Part shown: one piece after another, positions 1 through 13,350 of the stretch
Layout of the letters: each line of letters opens with the position of its first letter
Numbering within the stretch: position 1 is the stretch's first letter
Assembly (NCBI RefSeq): GCF_018350175.1
Contig: NC_058368.1
Coordinates: 191,830,001 to 191,894,000 of the forward strand
Source: Felis catus
Taxonomy: Eukaryota
Length of the DNA: 64,000 nucleotides
Direction of reading: 5' to 3'
Program-made: the position numbers and the translations under genes
The notes under the pieces: generated by a model
What the model was told of the DNA's origin: nothing
The model's input: the letters and a program-made list of their open reading frames with translations, nothing else
The model's database searches: none

Positions 1-744
1 GAGGGTGATGGCAGAGAGTGAAGAAACACAAAGGATGTTCCTAACATATTAATGTAGGACAGGCTGGAAAATGGTAAGCCTAAAGTCTTCTATTTTCAGA
101 TATGTGGGTGTGAGTTAAGATGTATCCTATTTATGAGTGGGCTGTGTTCTAAAAGCTTGTTTATCATTAATCTCAATCTCAAGCCACATTTTCCCACAGG
201 TACAGTATTAGTATCTGCTGTTGATTCATTTTAAACGATGAATCAGTCTAATATTTATACTGGTGATGGGCAGAAAACCCACAAAGTTCTGCCTTTTATC
301 CATTATCTGACCTAATCTCAAAGAAGAATGGCTTCAAATCATCACATGCTGCCTAATGGATTTTTAATGTGTTTGTCTTTTTTTCTGTTGCCCAACTATT
401 TATTTAAAATATCAATTTTATCCCCTATATTTCTCTAATAGAAAATAATCCTGGTAACATATAATATTAAGGTATTTAGGCTCTCCAAAAAGGAATATTG
501 AACTGTTTAATGGTCTTATAAATCTTGGTTTACCAAGGATCTATCCCCAGAGTAGAAGGTACCAGAAACCTTTACTTGCAAAAGGGTAGCATCTAAGAAG
601 AAGTTAGGGGGAAAAAGATATTTGGACTCACAAAACTTAAGGAAATGATTCCTTCTCTGAAAGAGTGTAACAGGACATGATGTTCACAATGAGACTGGTG
701 AAATCTCTTAAGACAATATTTCTCAAGCTTAAATGTTCAGGAAC

Positions 745-2215
745 TTCCAATTTGGGCTATGGTGGACTAGAGGGAATGGATTTACTCTCTTGACTTAAAC
801 CATAAATATAGACAAAATATATCAGCCAACAATATTAAGACATTAAACAGGCAGCACAGGACAGTAATCACTACAGGAAGGAAAACAAACTAGGAGAGTC
901 CTATGATGCCCTGACAATCATACCTAGAAAGAGTTTTGATCCCACAGTGTGGGAAGAGAGAATTCAGACAGCCCAGCTGAGAAAAAAGAGTTGAGAATTT
1001 GGGAAGCCACAGTGCTGAGAATTTGCCAGAGTAACTAGAGAGGAGAAGGCTGCACAAAGAACTCCAGAGATCTGCACAGGTTTTCACTCAAGTCTTCAGC
1101 TGAGTGCTGATTAGAGCATACATTTAAGAAAACTACCAGAACCTGAAGAAAGGAAACAGAATAATCCCTGGAGCTCATAGAGACTGGGTCATAGTTTATG
1201 TTGCCACCAGCCAGAATGGGAAAAACCTTGTAATCATGGGGCATCAGAGTTCTCAGAAGGGCATTGACTCTGAAGATGTAGAACAAAATTAGCCCTCAAC
1301 TAAAAGATACTCTGGTCCCACCCTGAAAAGCTTATTAAAAACAAGCCTTAAATGGTCAGACTATTTCTAAATAAATTGTGTCTCAAAACAAAGTGCATTA
1401 ATATTTAAAGAAATACAAAATTTATACCAACAAGGTAAAACCCACAGGTAGACAAGTAAGCAGGAAAATAGAACATATAATGAGAAAAAGAATCAACTAA
1501 TAGATATAAACTCAGAAGTTACACAGATGTTGGAACTAGCAGATAAGGACATTTAAAAAGTTATTATAAATCTCTTCCATATGTTGTAGAAGGAAGAAGA
1601 AAGCATAAGCATGTTAAAGAGACATGGAATATGTACCTTTTTAAAATAGATTCAAGTTGAGGGACACCTGGATGGCTCAGTCAGTTGGGTATCCAACTCT
1701 AGGTTTTGGCTCAGGTCATGATCTCATGGTTTATGAGTTCAAGCCCCACATTGGGCTCCAGGCTTGGGATTCTCTCTCTCTCAGAAATAAATAAACTTGA
1801 AAAAAGATTCAAGTTTAAACTTCTAAAGATATAAAATGCAATGACTGAGATGAAAAATATACGTAATAGGATTAACAATGGATTAGATAATGTTGAAGAA
1901 AACATTAGTGATTTTGAAGACATAGAAATGAAATGTATCCAAAATAAAACCCAGGGTAAAAATGAAACAGCATCAGTGAGCTGTAGAAAAACTATACAAG
2001 CTTAACACACATATAATTGAGGTTCTTGAAGGAGAGGAGAAACATGTTGAAAGAATATTTGTTGAAATAATAGCTGAAACATTTCCAAATGTGTTAATCC
2101 CAAAAGCCCAATGAATTCCAAGCTCAAGAAAATGGAAAGGTAACTATACCAAGATACTCCATAATCAAATTGCTTAAAATAAGGGATAAAGAACAAATCT
2201 TTAAAAAGTCATAAA
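745..2215 (+). mobile_element. Ancient L1 (L1M-type) 5' region and degenerate ORF1
   Basis: A-rich sense strand; 1840-1950 translates to ORF1-like MTEMKNIRNRINNGLDNVEENISDFEDIEMKCIQNKT; later ORF1-like text (GAAATAATAGCTGAAACATTTCCAAAT, ATAATCAAATTGCTTAAAA). Confidence 0.7.
1661..1804 (+). mobile_element. Can-SINE, internally deleted, inserted in old L1
   Basis: GGGACACCTGGATGGCTCAGTC head, A/B boxes, short CT tract, A tail; TSD AGATTCAAGTT at 1648-1658 and 1805-1815. Confidence 0.9.
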
Positions 2216-2599
2216 GAAATTTCATTGTGAATACTAATTACTTGCTCATTCGTTAATGCAGGTTCTGACTCAGTAGGTATGGGTGGAATCTGAGATTCTG
2301 CATTTCTTAAAAATTCTAACAAGTTGATTCCAATGCTGCTAGTATAATAACCACACTTTTGAGAAGCATATTTCTAAGATTCCAATGCTTAAACTATTTT
2401 GTTTTTCTAAGTTAATCCAAGGTACCAAAAGACTCACAACTGAAAGAGATAGGATAGATCCAAGGAAGCATAACAATGTCTGGGGATCCAGCCAGTTTCA
2501 TACCAGTTATACTAGAGAACTACATCAAGATCCAGCCTTTTAAAATTTACCTTAAATTCCTGTTGCCAAGTATAGAAGGTGTTTTTTGTTTGCTGTTTG

Positions 2600-3066
2600 T
2601 TTCTTTGGCTGTTTAGCAACCATTTCTTCTTGTTTGGTGATTTTATTCTGATTTCTTTTTGAAGCTTACCCCCTTCTCCACTCCCAGATTTGTGCTTTGA
2701 GTGGAGATTCCCTACAAACTCCTAGGATAGAACCTATAGTCCAGTACTAGCTAATTAGCACACTGTATTTCAAAAGGGAGATTGCTCTTCTACTTGAACT
2801 CAGAAGAACACAGGCTAGATCTACTAAAATTAGCTTGCCTCCTTTGGACAAGGGAGTAAGGATGAGTCCAAACAGAAGAAGCAGAGCCAAGAGGAGAGAG
2901 AAAAATTAGAGTCTAGAGTGTCATGTTAATCTTAAATCATGACATTACTGAAATTGGACAAATTCCTGGGCTCTTCAGGTACATAAGACAATAAATAGTC
3001 CCATTTTTTTTAAAGCAAGTTTTACTAATATTCTCATTTTATTATACAGAAAGAGTGCTAAGAGAA
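2600..3066. mobile_element. Old ERVL-MaLR (MLT1-like) solo LTR remnant
   Basis: Degenerate MLT1-like 3' end (GTACATAAGACAATAAATAGTCCCATTTTTTTTAAAGCAAGTT...AGAAAGAGTGCTAA). Confidence 0.45.
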
Positions 3067-4497
3067 ACAAGAAGCGTAAGTTAAATAAGCTTCTGTGACC
3101 TAGGCCAGGAATCTAATAAAAATTTATAGCATAATTTCTATTAATGATCACAGGTTTCAAATCAGATCTCAGAATTCTTGGAGACTTCTCTCTCCCACTT
3201 GTTGTTATGACATTTGTGAATAGAGGAAGAATTAGATTCTGCCTGGGTGGGTCAGAGTGGTTTGTCAAAGAGTCCCTAAAATTGTGCATCTAGTCTGAAA
3301 TTCAGTAATTCATGTCTCAGAATATTCCTAAAAGTAAATATCAAAATAAATCTGCTGAATAAAGTGAAATAGAAGGATAAACACTATGTGCAATAACATC
3401 TTCACTTAGAATGAGGCCACTCATTAACCAAGACAATGGGTAGCTGATTTGTGCTTACCTTCTTTCTTTTGTTAATAGGAAAAAAATTACACTGAAATGA
3501 AATTGGAGTTCTAGATATAGTCAGGAAAAAAAACCATTTAATTAAACATATGCATTACTGCTAACAAGACCATAGGATACATACAATGGAAGGAGTGTTC
3601 AGGAAAGTTATTTTTCCACACTCTGGGCCTCAAGTTCCATATATTAGGCCAGAGACTAGGCTAGATCATCTTTCCTTTTAGTTCTAAGTTTCTATGATTC
3701 TGTTGAGAAATAATAGCTAATTAACTTTACAAAGGCCTGAAACAATTGAGACCTAATATGAATCATAAAGCTGAATAGTTTAGCATGAGGCAAATTCAAA
3801 CTAATAAAAAAATATTTTAATTTGTTGACAACTACATCCCATGTTAGGCTTCTGACCATCCAAAAAGCATGCTGTTCACACAATCACTTCCTTGTTACTC
3901 CAATATATTAGAAAGCTTCGGAAAACATTTGGCTAAAGTCTGGATTTCTGTTAGAATAGAGACATTTCTGGGGTCTTCTGAGAAAGATCCTCAAAGAAAG
4001 AAAGGTAAAAATGGTACTCCAAGGATATTGGCCTTTGGTGATATCTAAAAACAAGGAAAGACAAGACTCCCAAGTAAAGATAGCAACAGAAACCTCTCTA
4101 CCTGCTTTGTTTACTATGTGGTTTACCAGTGAGATGGGAGAGGTGGTCTTTAAGGAGACTGGTGAAAGAAATATAAAGTTATGACTTACAAAATTTTTAT
4201 TTAAGTACCTCTCTCTAAGTCACGCTTATAACTGAATATTACCTAGTTCCCTGACATGGTGAACACCAGTTTACTCAATAATAAAATAGCTCATCTTTGC
4301 TGGTTTCTACCTTCTTTTCAGTAATCCTGAACACTAAAGGTCCAAAATGACTAGAAAGTAGGTCTTGGTCATTGTAAAGATATAGCTGCTTTAAAATAAA
4401 ACCAAATGTGTGCCTTTTAAACAAAACATATTTTTAATTCTGGTTCCCACAAATCAATCCTGGAATCCAGTAGTATTCTATAGAATTTATAAGCAAA

Positions 4498-4577
4498 ATA
4501 TATATATATATAATATATATATATTATATATAATATATATATAATATATATATATATTATATATAATATATATATAA
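4498..4577. repeat. Imperfect (TA)n microsatellite with ~31-33 bp higher-order period
   Basis: Pure A/T tract; TAATATATATATATTATATATAATA-like unit recurs. Confidence 0.95.
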
Positions 4578-5287
4578 AATTCCTTCTTGTATTCCTAAGC
4601 AATAGCTCTCCTGAGGAAACACATTGCCAAGATTCTGAAGAGCCATTGTTGTCCATGTTTCTTATTCATTCCAGACTCCCTTTCTCTTGGTTTCTGGAGT
4701 CAGAGCCTGGCTTCTCTCTTTTCCCTCACAAACAAAGAAAAGATGCACTGAGGCCAGAGTGACCAGTGTTCTGACAATTTGGGCATATGCCGTGAAGCTT
4801 TCCAGAACTTAAAAAAAATTGTGGAAGGGCAATCAAATCTCCACCACTACCCAAACTCAATCAATACTAAGCCATGGGAGATGGATTAGTGGATCAAACA
4901 CCTGTCTATAGCTTTCAGCCCTTCTAGAATCATGGGAGATAATCACAGTGTTGCATGTTCCTTAGGCAAATAAACACAACCCCCAGGAGTTGACACTGAG
5001 GGCTCTTCTGGTGGAGACCACAAAAATCCAATCTTGCCTCATCTAACAGCAAGCTGCGTAACAAACATGCTATCTTAAGCCTCCAAACAATATAGATTTA
5101 TTACTGCTTGAATCCTATGGACCAAACCTTTAATCCTCCATCAGGTAATCCCAGTTTTCACAAATGATGTGGTTCCATTTTGTATACACTCAGAGGATTT
5201 CCTATCAGTGGCTCTGAGATTCTTCCTGTTAAGGAGGACAGGGCGGTATCTTATTTAGTGCTAGAGATGCTGCTTCTCCTCATTTGT

Positions 5288-5870
5288 ATTTTGTATATGT
5301 GTGTGTAGTTGGGATGGAGCTATTATCTCATTCATTCTTTTATTCATTCCACAAAGGTACTTGGAGACTTACTGTGTGTCAGGTACATGTGGGACATGGA
5401 AATGCATGGGTGACTATGGCAGTCACCTGTCTCTGTACTCAGGGAACTTACAGATCAAGGTGGAAGAGGAGGGTAAGTAACTCAATAAGCAACTCAACAA
5501 ACAGTGATAAAGAGAATGAGAGGAGTAATGGCAGGGAGTAATAAGAACTTATACAGGCACACCCTACCAGGTTTGGGAAAGTTGGAATGATTTCCCAAAG
5601 AAGGTGGCATCTGAACAAAAACCTGAAGAGTAGGAGGAGCTGAACAGGAGATAATGACAGAGAAGATTTTACAGGCAAAAGGAATAATAGTATGTGCAAA
5701 GTCCAAGAGGAAGACATAACATAGTACAATGGGAAACTGCAAATAGCTCAGTCTGGATAGGGGAAGGAATGTGAGACTGGGGTATAGAAAGAGATGTGGC
5801 TTGAGAAGCCATAGGACCCAGAACATAATGAACCTCTGGAGCACATTGAGGAGATGACCTTTATTCTTAA
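5288..5870 (-). mobile_element. L2 LINE fragment
   Basis: Starts with TCATTCATTC...ATTCATTC (reverse of the L2 tail), then ACTTACTGTGTGTCAGGTAC and purine-rich L2 body. Confidence 0.6.
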
Positions 5871-6759
5871 GAAAAATTTCTTTACAATCACCCTTAAGAA
5901 CAGAGGAAATATATCTGGCTTAGTTAATGCAAACACAATCCATTCAGTCAGGGAATTAAGGACCCTGTGCTAAGGATCAGCACAATATTGTGTATAAACA
6001 GAAAATGTGTGGAGGAGACTGGACTACAGAAGCTTCATAAGCTTTTGTCCCAAGGATAAAATGAGCCAGGAGCAGAGGTGACATCTAGTCTCTCAGTGCT
6101 GTGGTCTTGGAGGGCAGATACTACACATACCCCACCGTTGGTGCCTTAATCATGAGCCTCCAACATCACTCCACCTCTGCCTGATTACAATAGGAAGAGG
6201 TACCTGCAAATGAAGTCAACAGGAATGATGGGCATGGCTCACTCCTCGTTGAGTGAGGCTTTCTGTAAGAATATGGAAAGGGATTGATGTTACCACAAAG
6301 AAAGAACAAGATAATGAGAATGGATCTGCGATTGAACGTGGGTTCTGCATACCTGTGGTCTTCCCTAATAGCCATGCTGTAGCTCATAAAACAATGTTTC
6401 AGCCTCCACGTTGCCTCAAGGCAGGAAATCACAGAGGAATCAGATGAGTCAGTTTACAGTAGGTAATGTGATGTCTCAGTTTTACAGGTGAAGAAGCCTA
6501 GGATGAATTAACCTGTTCAAGTTATGTAGCTAATAAATAAGGTCTGGAGTCAGGATTCCAACCCTGAGATGTTTGAATGCCAAGCACATGCTCTCACCCA
6601 TTACAGTGTATCACAGATAATCTTTTTCCAGTAAACACAAAACAGTGCACAGGTGATCTGTACAAGGGTCACCTCCTTGAAAGTATGTACAAGCAAGCCG
6701 CAGATGACCATTCTTGAAGCATAGCCTTTATTAATGCTAATTGAGATATGGCACAAACC

Positions 6760-7262
6760 ATATTAGATTATGTCTTGCTCCTCTGCTACTTAGAATAAAC
6801 TCAAATTCCCAACCATAGCCTACCATTTGCTCTCAGCACCTGGCCTCACTTGCATCTCCAACCTTATTTTATACCCTCTCCCCAACTCCAGATACACTAG
6901 CTTCATCCTAGAACTTTTCACACTAGGGCCTCAAACATTCAGGGCACTGCCTGGAGAGCACTTCTATACTTCACCTGGCTCACTCCTCCTCCTTTTTCCA
7001 GGCCTATGCTAGAAAGACCATCTCCTCAGAAGAGCCTGCAGTGACAACCCTGACCTGCATCCACCATTATTCTTGAACACTGTCCCAATAGCTCCATGAT
7101 ATCCATCCCAATTACACTATATTTTGTATTATTTCTTTGACTCCCATTCTACACTGCAGGCTTTGAAAGGACAGCATCCATATGTTTCTATCCATGCCTA
7201 TAACAATATTCAGAACATAGCAAGGGCTAAATATTTTTTGAATGGATAATGAATTTTTGAGT
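6760..7262 (+). mobile_element. L2 LINE 3' fragment
   Basis: Pyrimidine-rich L2-like body ending AAATATTTTTTGAATGGATAATGAAT. Confidence 0.55.
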
Positions 7263-8404
7263 GAAATGGATTCATGTGATGAATCCCTTATACAGCCTTA
7301 TACAATTGCAAAATCCAGTATTCAAACCTTCCCAGACTTCTCTTGTCACAAGAATATTTATTCTCTGCATATACCACAGACTATTCCCTGCTAGAATCAC
7401 TGGACCCCATTGACCATGAGCTCAGGGCTGAGTCAGCAAATGTCACCCAGAGTACATACTTTTATCTTAGGGCTGCAGGAAACCAAAAATCCCAATCCTC
7501 TCACACCTACTTGCCAATAAACACGATAAAGATGAAATCTCTCAGAGCTCTGGGAGATGATGTTCCAAACTGCTGCTATTTGGATTGGCTACAGGTAACC
7601 CCATGAAAGAAACGGACTCTGGTCCCTGAAGTAGCTACAATAAACATTATCTGTGTGCAATGAAGGGAATATTGACTGAAAGGGATGAATCTTTTGTTGA
7701 GAGTAAAATTGATTCTCTAAAAAATAAACAGTTATTGGCAGAGAGCCTGCTGGTGGCTTATTTGAAAAGGAATTTTACAAAATTATTTTTAACAAAGAGC
7801 TCTACTTTCTTAGGGTGAATGTGACTAAAGTTTGTGGAAAATGATAGAAAACCTTAATATGCATTTAAGCCAAAACCAAGATGGATATTCTTAGTCAAAA
7901 AGTATGTGTAACTAATGCTTGGGGTTCTATAGGTCTATAGAGTTAGGTTAGTCTTTCAAAATACAAAGAACTTCAACCTGGAGGCATAGGTAGGAGTGAA
8001 CTGGTTGCTACCTGGGATGCACTGATGGAAGTGGGGCATGAAACCTCAGGTACATGAGAAAATCTACTACAACCTGAACCACTAACCCCCAACTCAGGAT
8101 TTGGAATTGATGTTGCCCCAAGCTATGGGATAGAACCTGGAGGCAAAACCTCTTGAAGGCAACCCCTTCCTTCAGTCACCCCTTGTGCTAAGAACATTTC
8201 CATATACAGGGTAGATGCCAAACAAGGTGTGCAATGGGTGGATGAATAAATGTGCTGTGATACGAACATTAAAGCCTGATGATACAGAGAATTGGTGCTG
8301 TTTTTTTCTTCCTATGCAAAGGTAATTTCTGGATTCTGCCATAACTATATACAGTACACATTTACAAAAGAATAGTGCTATCACAATTTATAGAACATTC
8401 TTAA

Positions 8405-8617
8405 TATTTGTAATTTTTTTCAGTCTATTTATTTTTGAGAGAGAGAGAGAGAACACTAGCGAGGAAGGGGCAGAGAGAGAGAGGGAGACACAGAATACAA
8501 AGCAGGCTCCAGGCTCTGAGTTGTCAGTGCAGAGCCCAACCCGGGGACTGAATCCATAAACCGTTGAGTTCATGAAGTCAAACACTTAACCAACCAACTG
8601 AGCCACTCAGGCGCCCC
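8405..8617 (-). mobile_element. Can-SINE
   Basis: T tail, (GA)n, GCAGGCTCCAGGCTCTGAG, ends CAGGCGCCCC; degenerate TSD TATAGAACATTCTTAA / TACAGAGCATTTTTAA. Confidence 0.95.
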
Positions 8618-9037
8618 TACAGAGCATTTTTAAGGACCTTTAGATAGGTTAGGACTGAAAAAGCCTCAGGTTCCCTTTGAGTTGGAAGAATGGGGCAGGT
8701 GACAGATGACAACAGAAGAGAGCTGTCATTCTCTCCTCTTGAGAACCCATTAGAGGGCTTTCATCAGACGATTACCACTGGAGAATTTTAAGAAAGTCTT
8801 CTCAGCTGAAATTTATAAAGTATTACTATTTTGTATTCAAAGCACATTTACACATATTGTTTTCTTTTAAGTTTATTAAGCTATTTCTGACCTATAAAAA
8901 TGAGAATTCCTACCTTGCAGGACAATTTTGAAAAGAAAGCAGTATAATGTTTGTACAAGAGTTGGCTTTTTGCCTGGCCTATAGAAAGCATGCAATAAAT
9001 GGTGGCTTCTATTATCATGACTAATACTATTACTATT

Positions 9038-9430
9038 GCTGTTCCAGACTAGGTTTCCTGAGACAGAGATTAGCATTCAGGGTCTTTATCAGGGAGTACT
9101 CTCATAATCAACACGTGTGGAAGGGGGGTAAAGGAAACTGATCTGGCAGATGGAGAAACTAAATTGCAACTAATCCCAACAAAGGTCTTGGTCAGACCCA
9201 CAGAGAGCTCTGGACCAGATCGACTCTTCAGAATTGTCTCTGACTGTGGTGAGGAGGCTGGACCTTTACACCCCTACTGATCAGCCAGGCAGGCTTTGGA
9301 CAAGTCCTGAAATTTTCCTCAGGTGAGGCCATCCCCAAAGACAGCTCCAAGCTGAGGGCCATCTTCACGAAGCCCTTCCAGAAGCTGAAGGAGTAACTCA
9401 TTCATTCCTGAGGAGACGTCTAGGCACATC
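9038..9430. mobile_element. Old ERVL-class LTR remnant (LTR16/LTR33-like)
   Basis: CCTGAGACAGAGATTAGCATTCAGGGTCTTTATCAGGGAGTACTCTC...CAACACGTGTGGAAGGG...GACCCACAGAGAGCTCTGGA resembles these LTRs from memory. Confidence 0.45.
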
Positions 9431-9811
9431 ACAGACCTTATGCCAATTAGTAAATAAGAGGAGTGCTTCAGAGGGCTTCTATGACTTGTCCAAGGCTACA
9501 GTTAAGTAGATAGCACTGCTAGGAATAAAGGTTAAGTCTTCCGACTCCAATTCAGGCCTCTTCAGAGGGCCAGGATTCTTCTGAATCTTTTGGTATTTCT
9601 ATCCTTTATTGTGCCAGGCATTGCTCTGCCTCCTCTAAGCCTACACAGATCAAGGAACATCTGCTAAACATGGTTCCTGTGTCTTTTCCTAAGGATCTAG
9701 TGGTTGAGTTTACTCGAGAAAAATTAAAAAGGAGCTTCTTCAAGCTACACTTACCCTTAAAAAGGTTTTCATATTCTCACCCTGCTTCCTCTTTTTTTGA
9801 AACAAGTACTT

Positions 9812-9813
<2 letters not shown>

Positions 9814-9855
<42 letters not shown>
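9814..9855. repeat. (CA)n microsatellite
   Basis: ~21 CA units. Confidence 0.97.
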
Positions 9856-9856
<1 letters not shown>

Positions 9857-12452
9857 ATAGACCCTCAAAGGGTCTGTTTAAGTGAAGATTTTATCCAGAG
9901 ATATACCACATTAGAGACTCTAAGGATAAGGCTCTGTAATCAGCCTTTTTCAAAAGCATCTCAGATGAGGTTCAAGCATACTGAAGTCTGCAAACCACTG
10001 TTACAAATTAACCATATTGCTGGTCTTAAGTTATGATCACATTTTTTCTTTGTGCTAGAAACTGATCCCAAAAGCAATTAGTTGAATCAGAAAGTTGTCA
10101 AGTTAGAAAGCATCTTGGAGATTATTAAGTCTCCATTTTTAAGAAGAAAAAAATCAGGGCCAATGAGGGAGGGTGATTTTCCTAGGGTAAGAGAACAGGT
10201 TGATGGACAGAGCCAAGCTCCCACCTGGGGGCAAGCCTTCTTATTGCTCTAACAAGCTTCAAAAAGGAGTTCTGAACCACTTTCCAGCAATCAAAACAAC
10301 AATTTAGAAAATGTTCCAGGACTATTCTCCATGACATTGTAATAGAGAACACCTCATTAATTTGGGTCTGTAATAAATATCTTCCATTGCTTGTAACTCC
10401 CCAACTTATGTATCTTGTGACTAGAGACACTGGAAGTCTACTTATTGGAACTTGGTTTACCCAATGGGAAGAGAAGAATTGAAAGAAATCTATGACAAAA
10501 GGAATAGTATTTCCTTCTATATTTTGTTACAAATGGACCTTAAAAATCTAATCTATTTTTATTGAGAAGTGACCTTGTGTTCCCAAATCTGTTTCTTATA
10601 GAGGACGGGAAGAAAAGAGGGACATTGCACTTCAGAGTATGATCACATTTCTGGTTATTTTTGTATTTGAAATAACTCAGGCTTTAACTAATAGCACTCA
10701 GAGTAACAATGATGATGATGATGATGATAGAAAATCAACATACAGTTTTCTCTTTATTAGTTCCCACACTCAGTGACTCAAATAAACATAAAATATTAAT
10801 GATGTGGCTGCTTTTTTTGGCATCTGTGGTTCTCCAGGTCCCCAAATGGCCCGTTGTTAATTCCATTTATAGCAAATGGAGGGCATAAATAAACTCTTAA
10901 TTTGGGTACCTGTGAAAATATGGCAGGCTGGCACACCAGCACAGCCAAAAATCTGCTTTAACTGGTGTTCCTGTCCATTAATTCCATTAAAAGTTGCTAA
11001 ACTCAGAGCCCAGCTTAGCTTCAGATACATAAAGCTTCTGAGCCTGTTTAGGGAGGCAATCTGGGATGGTGGGAAATCCTAGCCAAAAAGTCAGGAGGCT
11101 AAGGGCTCTATTTCTGACTTCCACCAACACATGGTGTATGTTTAGAAAACACTTTTCTCTCCTAGTGCCTCGAGCGTTGTGTTAATGGCTGAGTACTTTC
11201 ACACTCAAGCCTTGCTTCCTGGAACTGTTCATAATATCTAAGGCGAGAGGAACTTTAGAATGTCACATAGACCATACCTCTGCCTCCAAGCTACCCTGAC
11301 TTCTCATCAGCCTGGGAAAAAGAGCTTATTTCCTTTCTACTTAAAAAAAAATGACCACAAATATAGCCTCAGGAGTGATGTGACCATAGACATGAGACCA
11401 AGGTATTGGTCATCTCTGACACTCACTAATTATTTGTTAGCCACAAGTCCCTGCTCTTCCCGGGGTCAGTCTAGACAGAAGTCAGCGGAATATTATGTAA
11501 CATGAGGTTCCTCAATCATGAATCTGATCAGAAATGGCTTCTCTCTTGCCACTAAAATTATTTCCATTTAGAAACATATCAGATTCAAAATAGATGCTTC
11601 CAGAGAAGTAGTGAAGGACTAGCAGTCGTTCACACTTCAGCACAGATTTCAGAGTGTCAATTATGTCAATGAGAGTTGTGTGCCATCAATAGGAATTAAT
11701 CCTAACTTAGGAAATAAAGTGGAATTTAACCAGAGGATCTGGGGGTAATTCATAGACTTGAAGGAAGAGTCAATTAACCAAAAGTTGGAGAATACTGGCA
11801 ACAAGCTGGTCAAAGTTCCCAACCCCAGGAGAGAGAACCCACATGATCAGTGTTGGCCCACTGTTCTCTCACTGCCCTCCCCTACCCAGGGCCAGGGGCT
11901 GGAACCGTATGCAGCCTCAACGGAACTCAAGGAGCCAAGCAAAAAGTAGTTCCCCAAAAGAATTAATGCTGGACAGGCAAAAGCAATATGCCCCCACCCA
12001 TGCAAGCATCAGCAAACATGTGTGTTTATTTGTGATGATTTTTCCTACACAAAATTCATGCATTTTTATTATATAAGGACTTATTACGAATCTAGAGAGA
12101 TTACATCTCACTTTGGGGAGGGAAGAAAGGAGATGCAGTAAACATATCCTTTAGCTAAGTCTCCTAGAAATACACTGAAGATTTTCAGACTTTTAGGAAA
12201 AGAAGTACAATGTTCATCCATGGTACTTACAAATGTCTTTAGCTCTTACCACAATTACTCTATGACTTGCTTAGAAAATTAGTAGATGATATGAATTGGA
12301 CTATTTCTTGCTAGATGATGAATGACATAATCTAATCATGCATTAAGTTCACCAAAGGAGGAGCATATCTTATATACCAAGGCAAAAACTTTTCAAGGAA
12401 TCTTGAGAAAAGATACAACGTATATGAAAGCACTTTAAAAACTATAAGCCAG

Positions 12453-12693
12453 GGGCGCCTGGGTGGCTCGGTCGGTTGAGTGTCCGACTTCGGCTCAGGT
12501 CATGATCTCGCGGTCCGTGAGTTCAAGCCCCGCGTCGGGCTCTGTGCTGACAGCTCAGAGCCTGGAGCCTGTTTCAGATTCTGTGTCTCCCTGTCTCTGA
12601 CCCTCCCCTGTTCATGCTCTGTCTCTCTCTGTCTCAAAAATAAATAAAATGTTTAAAAAAGTTTTTTTCAAATAAATAAAAATAAAATAAAAT
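12453..12693 (+). mobile_element. Can-SINE, well preserved
   Basis: Full head with CpGs retained, CT tract, A tail; exact TSD AAAAACTATAAGCCAG at 12437-12452 and 12694-12709; TT/AAAA site. Confidence 0.98.
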
Positions 12694-13114
12694 AAAAACT
12701 ATAAGCCAGTGTTACAGCTATAAGATCCTTTACTTCTGTACTATATAACTTATTATTTGGAGTGGCACAAGGAAGGGAGTACCAAGTAGTTCTCAGCAGT
12801 GGCTAAGAGAACCCACAAACCATTGCTAAATACATTGCCTCTCTTCTTCTGGTAAGGTACTCATGGAAGGTATATAAGTCAGGGCTCCAAGTGCATTCTT
12901 CTGATAACTGATATGACAAAGAGAGAAACTATAGCCATCCCATATTTGTATATGAGCTTCCAAAAAAGACAGGTTTTTAGACTAACTAAAACAAAAATTT
13001 ATTAAAGACAGCATATTCAAGGTGATCCATTTAACTTTGCATTCTGGTAGGTTTTCTGAATACAAGAGAAAGATGCAAAGTGTCTGACTGGGAATCTTGC
13101 AAAACTCTTGGTTT

Positions 13115-13117
<3 letters not shown>

Positions 13118-13146
<29 letters not shown>
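13118..13146. repeat. (CA)n microsatellite
   Basis: ~14 CA units. Confidence 0.95.
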
Positions 13147-13148
<2 letters not shown>

Positions 13149-13169
13149 TTGTGTTTTTCATTGTTATTG

Positions 13170-13350
13170 TGTTTGCTATGTGTGTAAAACACTTTTCCAA
13201 ATTATATCACTAAATCTTTGTAACAACATGGTTAAGTAAGTATTACTTATATTCTGTTGCCAGATAGGAAAACAGAGCTGGGAGAGGTTAAATAATTTGC
13301 CTGGGGTTCTATAGCTACTATATGCTGCAATTTGAACCCAAGTTTGCCCA
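13170..13350 (-). mobile_element. MIR SINE
   Basis: MIR core-like CAGATAGGAAAACAGAGCTGGGAGAGGTTAAATAATTTGCC...TTTGAACCCAAG. Confidence 0.6.

Larger units (their letters stand above)
714..2370 (+). mobile_element. MER5-type (hAT-Charlie) MITE split by an L1 insertion; pieces ~714-744 and ~2240-2370
   Basis: CAATATTTCTCAAGCTTAAATGT resembles the MER5 left end; AATGCAGGTTCTGACTCAGTAGG...GAGATTCTGCATTTC...ACCACACTTTTGAGAAGCA resembles the remainder. Confidence 0.6.

Noticed and set aside
3955..4004. Possible 50-nt exon (IETFLGSSEKDPQRKK, AAG|GTAAAA)
   Set aside because: Weak pyrimidine tract and donor; no supporting context
7343..7606. 87-aa ORF ending near CAG|GTAACC
   Set aside because: Non-ATG start, no recognisable similarity, length within chance expectation
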